In this document: positions 13,625 through 24,276 of the stretch, one piece after another
How positions within the stretch are numbered: position 1 is the first letter of the stretch
Layout of the letters: each line of letters starts with the position of its first letter
Assembly: GCF_006345805.1 (NCBI RefSeq)
Contig: NC_043002.1
Coordinates: forward strand, 103,540,001-103,604,000
Direction: 5' to 3'
DNA length: 64,000 bases
Origin: Octopus sinensis
Lineage: Eukaryota
Made by a program: the position numbers and the translations under genes
Notes under the pieces: model-generated
Seen by the model: only the letters and a program-made list of their open reading frames with translations
Database searches by the model: none
Told to the model about the DNA's origin: nothing

Positions 13625-14250
13625 ATAAAATGACGCAACAAAGCCAAAACTGTGTGCGATTTTCAGGACATTTATACAGAGAGAGTTCATCTTACATCTG
13701 TTTCTAGGATATTAGGGATATCTCTCCATCAGAGACGATTTGAGATGTGGTTAAATAGAGGGAAATGATAGAGTTCAATATGAGGAGTTATTTTGGAAAA
13801 GGAAGCAAATAAGGAGTTTAGAGGGAGATATGGAAATGAAGACCCCTTTCAATATTAATCACATGGAAACCACGTTTCCACACTTTCCATTTGTGATGCC
13901 AAAATATGAACTTCCATTGGAATTTACATACTATGGACAAGAAGCATTGTTACCACTTCTACACACCACTTTCCTTGGATAATGGAACTACAACTATAAT
14001 ATCTTTATACATTTTTATTTCTATTTCTACAATCATTCTCCTATTTCCCTGTATACTCCTTATTTCCATACTTTTCCAAAATAACTCCTTATACTGAACT
14101 CTAATATTTCCCTTTATTCAACCATCTCACATCGTCTCTGATCAAGAGATATCCCTAATAACCCAGAAACAGCTGTAAGATTATCTTTCTCTTTATAAAT
14201 ATCCTATAAATTCACAAAGCCTTGGCTTTGTTGTCACATTTTAGTTATAT
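13625..14250. mobile_element. Inverted-repeat structure with two hammerhead-like motifs, probable PLE 3' end with inverted pLTR
   Basis: ~13625-13830 is the diverged reverse complement of ~14035-14250. HHR-like motifs lie at 13690-13735 (-) and 14135-14180 (+). Confidence 0.65.
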
Positions 14251-14283
14251 AGTATAACTATAATATATGTGTACTATCTATTG

Positions 14284-14364
<81 letters not shown>

Positions 14365-16012
14365 TATAAGTGTGTGTGTTTGTGGGATTCAAGAATATAT
14401 TATTTCACAGAATTGTTCAAAATAAATAAAAATAATAATATATGTAAAACAGTTGATACATACTACCACTGGATTCCCTGCATTTTCTTCTTGCCATATA
14501 TATATATATACTATTATGATGTAAACATACATATTATATATATACTTATACATGGAAACATGCACACAAACGCAGTAATAACTCTGGTGGAAAGAAGCGT
14601 TCATATAATAATAGTGGATAGATAGAAGATTTATCTGAACCAACCGTGTGATATAAACCTTATGGTAATGGCCTTCTGTTATGGAAACACTCGTGACGAA
14701 CAAACAAAACTAAGAGGAGACAGCGATCGCTATGCGCCGCCTTATTGAGATATCGGTGTGGGGAATAAGGTATGTGGCGTGTGGACGTTAATGTTATATT
14801 GTTAACATTCACTACACAACATATTTTATATCTTGTTCTCATATCAATTTTATGTTCCTTTCCATCAGATCGTTCTACTTGTGTAAACCGACAGCTTTAG
14901 GCATTGAAGATAGAAACAGATGGAACGAGTTGTGTAATGTAGTGGCTTTTATTTGTGTACCTGGTTTATTTCGAGCAACAGTGGATCGAATCTAGACGTG
15001 TACACAGTAATATTAATCTAGTCTATTTACTTTACTCACGAATTCGCTCTCTCTACAATATCTATCTGATGTCTTCCTTATTTGTTAGAGAAATAGATAA
15101 CCGTGTTGTATCTGATTGGATTTCAATAAATTGTTATAACAAAGCCCGAAATAGTTGATGGCAACACACAGATAATCGATAATCTAATAAGTTTACAATT
15201 TTTGCTCTATAGCTTAACTAAAGATCGGGAGTAGTTTCAATATTGTTGTTGTTGAATGTAAATAAAATTAATACGTCTTTCTTGAAGAAATCCTTCAAAT
15301 ATCACCACTCACCAAGCATCAGTGAATCATGCGGAAGAGAAATGTTATATCGCCTTTCGTTGCTGATGTAAATATTGTCATAAGCTCAAACTGTTACTCA
15401 AAAGCCACGCCGTATATTATATTAAAACGACTTTCCTAGAGAGACAGCAAACTACAAAATCCAAACGGGTTACATAGTAATTATGTATCTTATGCAGATG
15501 GAATTCATGTTCCTTTTCGTTCAGTAAAGCCATTTTCTCATGTGTCTTTCTCTGTTACTTTATTAACAGTTAACCCTCACCCCGCTACTCACACAACATC
15601 GTTTTAGAATATAATGTAAAGTTATACGATATTAAATAATTTGTTGGTTAGAAACTCACATATATGTGGGATGAGAGAGAAGTAATCACCGTGCAATTTA
15701 CATAGACACTGCTTGAGTTACGCTCGTTCTCACAAACTTGCTTTTCATGTATGTGTGTATGCCTCTGTTTGTGTGTGGGTGTATTCACAACCGCCACCCC
15801 CACACACAAACACACAAACACACACACTCGCACATATGTTATCAGGTCGCTTTGAAGTACTTCGGGAAAAATGTAGCACAGTACAACCTGTTGACAAACT
15901 AAACCGGTAACCCCCATCAAGCTTAGTTGGAGAGGAGAAAGATTGATTCGATATCCTGCAGGACAAAAGACGGAACCAGTCACAAGGGCAGACTAAGTAA
16001 AGAATGTGTGAA

Positions 16013-16165
16013 GGCGTGTAGCCAAGTGGTAAGGTTGTTAATCTCGCGATTAGGAGTTCGTAGTTTCGATTCCCCGACCGACTTTGCGTTGTGTTGCTGA
16101 ATAACACACTTCATTTCACCTTTCTTTTTTTCACTCAGTTGGGTAATCTTGCGATAGATTGGCGT
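16013..16165 (+). mobile_element. tRNA-derived SINE head with CORE-like segment (duplicated at 18081-18232)
   Basis: A box TAGCCAAGTGG and B box GTTTCGATTCC, followed by GCGTTGTGTTGCTGAATAACACACTTCATTTCAC. No complete acceptor stem, so not a tRNA gene. Confidence 0.7.
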
Positions 16166-16357
16166 AGACGAGTGAGATGGTGAGGAAAACCACAGGAACG
16201 GAGATCTCGTAGGTCATAGTTTTATTCAGCAATTGCAAAGAGGAATAATACAGTCCGAGCTCTTTATCAGATTCGTTGCTCAATCACGTCGAAAGATGGG
16301 GTTGTTCATTATGATGATGGTGAAGATGATGATGATGTATAATATATATATATATAA

Positions 16358-16397
<40 letters not shown>

Positions 16398-16401
<4 letters not shown>

Positions 16402-16740
16402 AGATCTCATGAAAAAACACACAAGACGAAGAACAGGTAGGTGTAGAGAACAAAAAGATGTATTAGTATAACGCTCGGGAATTGAAAAAGGCTTTAACGT
16501 TTCGAGCCTACGTTCTTCCACAGAAAGGAACACAAAAATAAAACAGGGAGAGAAAAAAATGTGAGTAGCGGCTACAGATCTTTCATGGCGTAGGCCGGAC
16601 AGAAAGCTCACACAGGAGATCAAATAAGTAAGGGAGATAACAAAGTAGTAGTGATCCCAAAACGAAGGTGCACGTATATTAATTCAAATCTGAATAAAAT
16701 AATTTATATCAAAATAAAACGGTTTATGGTATGATTCGAC
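16398..16740 (-). mobile_element. Hammerhead-like short repeat / PLE terminal fragment abutting (TA)n (duplicated at ~18466-18800)
   Basis: Minus strand 16528-16492: CCTTT-CTGTGGA-A-GAACGTAGGCTC-GAAA-CGTT-AAAG. Confidence 0.6.
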
Positions 16741-16909
16741 TTAAACACAATTCGAAGAGAGGGGAGATAATATTTCCCATTTATAGAAACTAAACCAAGA
16801 CCAAATAAACTCGATACGGTCAACGAAAAAAACACAATGTCCGGTATACGAACAACGAGACCAAAAAAAAAGAAGAAAGATAATTACACCATATTTTTGC
16901 ATATAACCC

Positions 16910-17009
16910 NNNNNNNNNNNNNNNNNNNNNNNNNNNNNNNNNNNNNNNNNNNNNNNNNNNNNNNNNNNNNNNNNNNNNNNNNNNNNNNNNNNNNNNNNNN
17001 NNNNNNNNN
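16910..17009. other. Assembly gap (100 N)
   Basis: Exactly 100 Ns, typical of a scaffolding join. Confidence 0.99.
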
Positions 17010-18424
17010 GTAGTGGCTTTTATTTGTGTACCTGGTTTATTTCGAGCAACAGTGGATCGAATCTAGACGTGTACACAGTAATATTAATCTAGTCATATTT
17101 ACTTACTCACGAATTCGCTCTCTACAATATCTGATGTCTTCCTTATTTGTTAGAGAAATAGATAACCGTGTAGTATCTGATTGGATTTCAATAAATTGTT
17201 ATAACAAAGCCCGAAATAGTTGATGGCAACACAGATAATCGATAATCTAATAAGTTTACAATTTTGCTCTATAGCTTAACTAAAAGATCGGGAGTAGTTT
17301 CAATATTGTTGTTGTTGAATGTAAATAAAATTAATACGTCTTTCTTGAAGAAATCCTTCAAATATCACACTCACCAAGCATCAGTGAATCATGCGGAAGA
17401 GAAATGTTATATCGCCTTTCGTTGCTGATGTAAATATTGTCATAAGCTCAAACTGTTTACTCAAAAGCCACGCCGTATATTATATTAAAACGACTTTCCT
17501 AGAGAGACAGCAAACTACAAAATCCAAACGGGTTACATAGTAATTATGTATCTTATGCAGATGGAATTCATGTTCCTTTTCGTTCAGTAAAGCCATTTTC
17601 TCATGTGTCTTTCTCTGTTACTTTATTAACAGTTAACCCCAACCCTCACCCGCTACTCACACAACATCGTTTTAGAATATAATGTAAAGTTATACGATAT
17701 TAAATAATTTGTTGGTTAGAAACTCACATATATGTGGGATGAGAGAGAAGTAATCACCGTGCAATTTACATAGACACTGCTTGAGTTACGCTCGTTCTCA
17801 CAAACTTGCTTTTCATGTATGTGTGTATGCCTCTGTTTGTGTGTGGGTGTATTCACAACCGCCACCCCCACACACAAACACACAAACACACACACTCGCA
17901 CATATGTTATCAGGTCGCTTTGAAGTACTTCGGGAAAAATGTAGCACAGTACAACCTGTTGACAAACTAAACCGGTAACCCCCATCAAGCTTAGTTGGAG
18001 AGGAGAAAGATTGATTCGATATCCTGCAGGACAAAAGACGGAACCAGTCACAAGGGCAGACTAAGTAAAGAATGTGTGAAGGCGTGTAGCCAAGTGGTAA
18101 GGTTGTTAATCTCGCGATTAGGAGTTCGTAGTTTCGATTCCCCGACCGACTTTGCGTTGTGTTGCTGAATAACACACTTCATTTCACCTTTCTTTTTTTC
18201 ACTCAGTTGGGTAATCTTGCGATAGATGGCGTAGACGAGTGAGATGGTGAGGAAAACCACAGGAACGGAGATCTCGTAGGTCATAGTTTTATTCAGCAAT
18301 TGCAAAGAGGAATAATACAGTCCGAGCTCTTTATCAGATTCGTTGCTCAATCACGTCGAAAGATGGGGTTGTTCATTATGATGATGGTGAAGATGATGAT
18401 GATGTATAATATATATATATATAA

Positions 18425-18468
<44 letters not shown>

Positions 18469-18980
18469 AGATCTCATGAAAAAACACACAAGACGAAGAA
18501 CAGGTAGGTGTAGAGAACAAAAAGATGTATTAGTATAACGCTCGGGAATTGAAAAGGCTTAAACGTTTCGAGCCTACGTTTCTTCCACAGAAAGGAAACA
18601 CAAAAATAAAACAGGGAGAGAAAAAAATGTGAGTAGCGGCTACAGATCTTTCATGGCGTAGGCCGGACAGAAAGCTCACACAGGAGATCAAATAAGTAAG
18701 GGAGATAACAAAGTAGTAGTGATCCCAAAACGAAGGTGCACGTATATTAATTCAAATCTGAATAAAATAATTTATATCAAAATAAAACGGTTTATGGTAT
18801 GAATTCGACTTAAACACAATTCGAAGAGAGGGGAGATAACTATTTCCCATTTATAGAAACTAAACCAAAGACCAAATAAACTCGATACGGTCAACGAAAA
18901 AAACACAATGTCCGGTATACGAACAACGAGACCAAAAAAAAAGAAGAAAGATAAGTACACCATATTTTTGCATATAACCC
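17010..18980. repeat. Copy 2 of the 1.97-kb duplication
   Basis: Begins GTAGTGGCTTTT (as at 14939) and ends CATATAACCC (as at 16909). Confidence 0.9.
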
Positions 18981-19218
18981 ATTATTCATTCACTCACATA
19001 CATATATTTATCGATGCGTATAAACAAAACGAAAAACGAAACCAAATGTATACGGACATAGAAAAATAAATTTGATACATACATCAAAACCAAAATAGTA
19101 CCAATATAAAACCATCTATTGTTTTATTTTCCATCCACCACTCACACTTAAATACATATATATAATATATATATGTATGTATGTATATATATATACATAT
19201 ACATATATATATATATAT

Positions 19219-19255
<37 letters not shown>

Positions 19256-19494
19256 CATATATAATATATATATGACAATATATATATATTTATACATTTT
19301 TAAGCACACACATATATTAAATGAGATAAATACGCTATATCCTCATATGTACCGCATTCTTCATTCACTCCCATATATATATATATATATATACATATCG
19401 ATTCATATGAACAAAATGGAAAACGGATTCACCACGATACTGACATGGAAGTCTATACACACATCAAAATCGTATAGATTTTGATGTGTGTATT

Positions 19495-19718
19495 GCGAGA
19501 TGGCAGAAACGTTAGCGCGCCGGATGAAATGCTTAGCGGTATTTCGTCTGTCGTTACGTTCGTGTTCAAATTCCGCCGGGGTCGAATTTGCCTTTCATCC
19601 TCTCGGGGTCGATAACTAAAGTACCAGTTTCGCACTGGGTCGATATAATCGACTTAATCCATTTGTCTGTCCTTGTTTGTCCCCTCTATGTTTAGCCCCT
19701 TGTGGGCAATAAAGAAAT
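19495..19718 (+). mobile_element. Near full-length family C tRNA-derived SINE
   Basis: GAGATGGCAGAAACGTTAGC head, GTGTTCAAATTCC B box, GTCGAATTTGCCTTTCATCCTCTCGGGGTCGATA central domain, AATAAAGAAATA tail. Confidence 0.85.
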
Positions 19719-19746
19719 ATATCTATCTATCCATCTATACCTACGA

Positions 19747-19920
19747 ACCACATGGTTCCGGGTTCAGTCCCACTACGTTGTACCTTGGGCAAGTGTCTTC
19801 TACTATAGCCACGGGCTGGCGAAAGCCTTGTGAGTGGATTTGGTAGACGGAATGTGAAAGAAGCCTGTCGTATATATGTATTGTATATATATATACATAC
19901 ATATATATATTATATATATA

Positions 19921-19977
<57 letters not shown>

Positions 19978-20233
19978 ATATATGTATTATATGATATATT
20001 ATGTGTGTGTGTGTGTATGTGTGTGTATATGTTTGTGTGTCTGTGTCTGTCACCAAACAACATCGCTTGACTACCGAGGGGTGGTGGTTACGTACCGGTA
20101 ACTTGTCCGTTCGGCGAAATAGAAGAGATAGAATAAGTACTAGACTTACTAAGAACAAGTCCTGGGGTCGATTTGCTCGCCTAAAGGCGGTGGTCCAGCA
20201 TGGCTGCAGTCAAACGACTGAAACAAGTAAAAG

Positions 20234-20237
<4 letters not shown>
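19747..20237 (+). mobile_element. Family A SINE (tRNA/CORE-like head, internal microsatellite, 3' module)
   Basis: GGTTCAGTCCC B box, ACCTTGGGCAAGTGTCTT CORE-like motif, (TA)n/(TG)n, CAGCATGGCTGCAGTC..CTGAAACAAGTAAAAGAGTA tail. Confidence 0.85.
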
Positions 20238-20330
<93 letters not shown>

Positions 20331-20334
20331 TATA

Positions 20335-20433
<99 letters not shown>

Positions 20434-20474
20434 ATATATTATATGTATATGTATATATATATATTATATGTCCA

Positions 20475-20945
20475 GCGCAGGAGTGGCTGTGTGGTAAGTT
20501 AGCTTGCTAAACAACCACATGGTTCCGGGTCGTCCCACTGCGTGGCATCTTGGGCAAGTATCTTCCTGCTATAGCCCCGGGCCGACCATGTCTTGTGAAT
20601 GGGATTTGGTAGACGGAAACTGAAAGAAGCCTGTTGTATATATGTATATATATGTTGTATATATGTATATATATGTATATATATATGTGTATAGATATAT
20701 GTGTATATATATATACACACATATATATATATGTGTATGTGAGTGTGTTTGTGTGTGTGTGTTTGTCCCCCTAGCATTGCTTGACAACCGATGCTGGTGT
20801 GTTTACGTCCTCGTCACTTAGCGGTTCGGCAAAAGAGACCGGTAGAGTAATTACTGGGCTTACAAAAATTAGTCCCGGGGTCGATTTGCTCGACTAAAGG
20901 CGGTGCTCCAGCATGGCCGCAGTCAAATAACTGAAACAAGTAAAA
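20475..20945 (+). mobile_element. Full-length family A SINE
   Basis: Runs from GCGCAGGAGTGGCTGTGTGGTAAG through the central microsatellite to CTGAAACAAGTAAAA. Confidence 0.9.
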
Positions 20946-21704
20946 CGTGTAGCTCATTCAGCGGTGGTGCCCCAGCATGGCCGCGGCCTTCGGGCTAAAA
21001 CATTTTTAAGGATTTAAGGATTTAAGGAAAAGAGTAAAAGAGTGAAAGAGTATATATACATATATATATATATTATATTATATATATATATATATATAAT
21101 ATATATATAACTTCTTCTTGCTTCTCAAGAGGGTGACACATTTTTACATTCTCCTACCAAGCTCGTTTCTCCGGCGTTCACCACTTCATCTCTTCATGAT
21201 TTAAGCGCCTTTACCGTTTGTTTTTACTGTTTTGTTCGTACTGCACTGTTTTTGTTACCACTGAAACCCTCCACGAATCCCAAATGTTATTTAATTTAAT
21301 TTGAGGGAACGACGTTTTTACGGAGTCGTGTCTTGTCAGAACTTTCAAAATGCAGAGTAGATAAAACAGGGGACATTTGTTCTTTATGTTGCCTCTCTCG
21401 TCCTCTATTTGTTTCTTTTGTTGTGCAAAATCAAAAGTTCGTTTTCCATGATGTTGCTTTTTTATGTTCTCGGTTTTTCATTATGTTCATGTTTTCTTGA
21501 CATATATTATGTATGTATATATGCTTATATAAATATATACACACCAATGTATCTATAATTACACAGATACCCCAGTATATATACCTGGCTACATATGTGT
21601 ATTCAGATGTATACTCCTTCGTATGTATAATTTGACCATCACATATATAGACATATACCTCCTCCCGTATATCAATAAACATATAAGTATATATATTTAT
21701 ATAT

Positions 21705-23001
21705 AGTAAGGAAAAATTTTTTTTTTTTTTTTTTTTTAAAAAAGCAAGAATGCTCAAATGAAAGAAATTTTAATAATGAGAAATGATAAAATATATAAAT
21801 ATATATTTATTCACCGGTTTTCGTCATTGTATGACTTGTCAGAATATTATGTTTTAAGAAGTTATTTTAAAAATTAGAAATGGGAAAAAAAGAAAATTGC
21901 ATTGTTTTTTTTGTAAAAGAATAATGATAACAATGTACAAAATTAAAAAATAAGTTCTTCCGATACATTGTGAGTTCGTTGTGTATCTTGAGTTTTATGG
22001 TTGTTTACCAAAAATTAACCTTGAGGTGTTAAGATCCAAAGGGATTAAGAGCATGTGATGTGTTGTGTTGTTAAATTCAGCATGTTGCAGGACAGGAAGT
22101 AGTAGTAATTGTGGTCCTGTTCTTCAGTTCCTGTGTTGTGGGCAAGGGGAGACAACTCTTTTGAGTTCTTCAATAAAACCCAAATTATAAAACTATCATT
22201 TTAGCTTCATTTGCATTATACACAACTTAATGTGCAAACTCCTCGTTGATCAAACTTCCTTTCTCTACCTCACTCTTCATGGATGGACTACACAAATATA
22301 TAAAGATACCATGCATTCATCACTTCAAGCTAAAACTTATATTCTTTAAATATCAATTTTTACATGTTGTTATTACTATCATTTTATTATAATGATATGA
22401 CAATTTGAAATGCAATTGTCTATGCAGATTTATATTATTAGAAAATAATATAAATAAAGTGTTAAAATCTGAAAGTTAAGTTAACAAGCAATTATATAAA
22501 AAAGATAATGCAAATGAAGCTAAAATGATAGTTTTATAATTTGGTTTTATTGAAGAACACAAAAGAGTTGTCTCCCCTTGCCCACAACACAGGAACTGAA
22601 GAACCAGGACCACAATACTACTACTTCCTGTCCTGCAACATGCTGAATTTAACAACACAACACATCACATGCTCTTAATCCCTTGGATCTTAACACCTCA
22701 AGGTACTTTTTTGGTAAACAACCATAAAACTCAAGATAAACGAACTCACAATGTATCGGAGAACTTTTTTTTAATTTTGTACATTTTTATCATTATTCTT
22801 TACAAAAAACATGCAATTTCTTTTTTTCCCCATTTCTAATTTTTAAAATAACTTCTTAAAACATAAATATTCTTGACAAGTCATACAATGACGAAAACCG
22901 GTTGAATAAATATATATTTATATTTTTATCATTTTCTCATTTTATTAAAATTTCTCTTTCATTTGAGCATTCTGCTTTTAAAAAAAAAAATTTTCCTTAC
23001 T
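21705..23001. repeat. Long inverted repeat: arms 21705-22219 and 22505-23001, 285-bp spacer
   Basis: Arms align as reverse complements over ~500 bp; differences are mostly homopolymer indels. Confidence 0.9.
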
Positions 23002-23064
23002 TATCATTTCTCCACGTGCGGTCAACACAACCCCACCATTTATTGACCTATTTATATATATATA

Positions 23065-23120
<56 letters not shown>

Positions 23121-23319
23121 TTATATATATATTAATTATATACATTATATAACATACACATATATACTGTGACACACGAACATTTTTAACAAAAGGCCAG
23201 TAAATCTTTAGATGTTTAATATCTCTTAGGTTTTTTTTAAACGTAGCTAAATTGCTATATATAAATATGTGTATGTATGTATGCATATATGTGTGATTGA
23301 TCGCTAGTCACTAAACCTT

Positions 23320-23470
23320 TTGTTTATTTTCTCTCTCTTTTTAATTCAGTGTTCCTTTCTGTTGAAGTGCGTAAGCTCGAAATGTAAAAGACTTTCTCTT
23401 CCCGAGCATCAAACTAATGCAACAGTTTGTTGTTTATACACCCGTCTTCGTCTTTTTTTTTGTAATTTCC
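23320..23470 (+). mobile_element. Hammerhead-like short repeat, CUGUUGA core
   Basis: 23354-23390 CCTTT-CTGTTGA-A-GTGCGTAAGCTC-GAAA-TGTA-AAAG. Confidence 0.6.
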
Positions 23471-23900
23471 AAATATAAATATTTATGTGAGTGTGTATGT
23501 GTGTGTTTGTGTTTGTGCGCGCGCGCGTGTGTGTGTGTATCAAAATAAGCATGAAGGATAACAGAGGCAATGCAGTACGATTGTTTCACGCAAATCTATT
23601 TAATTGAACAATGCAACTATTACATCAATTTAAATGCAGAGCAATCATCAGCTGCAGAAAGACATAGAATTAAATTAAAAGAGATGGATACATTAGTACC
23701 ATTTTACCTAACACCTCCAAGAAGTTAAGAGATAGACTAAGAACATGGTGTCTTCACTTGTCGCATATTTTGATTTTAATCACCTTATTTTGAATTTGTA
23801 TTGATAATACCGAACTAATTTCTGGTGCCTCAAATTAAGTACCATATTCCTCTGATAATCTGAATCTGAATGTTTGCTGAATTCATCTACCATACCCAAA

Positions 23901-23943
<43 letters not shown>

Positions 23944-23946
<3 letters not shown>

Positions 23947-24052
23947 TTTACTTCTTTCAGTTTCCGTCTACAAATCCACTCACAAGGCATTGGTCGTCCC
24001 GGGGCTATAGCAGAAGACACTTGCCCAAGATGCCACGCAGTAAGACTGAACA
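23944..24052 (-). mobile_element. Partial family A SINE
   Basis: TTTCAGTTTCCGTCTACAAATCCACTCACAAGG..GACACTTGCCCAAGATGCCACGCAG. Confidence 0.8.
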
Positions 24053-24224
24053 ACCCGTACCACACAGACACTCCGAATTCCTTTAAAGCGCCCAGGAAAA
24101 CTGAAAAGCCACCGTGTGTGAATATGTTGAATAAAATTATATCTGACTGACCAACTGCATTTCCCTTTACCGAAAACCAGGAACTTCCAGCTCATCCTCA
24201 TATATATATTATAGTATATAATAT

Positions 24225-24276
<52 letters not shown>

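Larger units (their letters stand above)
14939..16909. repeat. Copy 1 of a 1.97-kb duplication flanking the assembly gap
   Basis: Near-identical to 17010-18980; differences are mostly small indels. Confidence 0.9.

Noticed and set aside
16013-16085. Possible tRNA gene
   Set aside because: A and B boxes are present but there is no closed cloverleaf, and it continues into a CORE-like SINE body.
16168-16310. Possible solo-LTR fragment (AATAAA, CA end on the minus strand)
   Set aside because: No TG start, TSD or independent second copy apart from the gap duplication.
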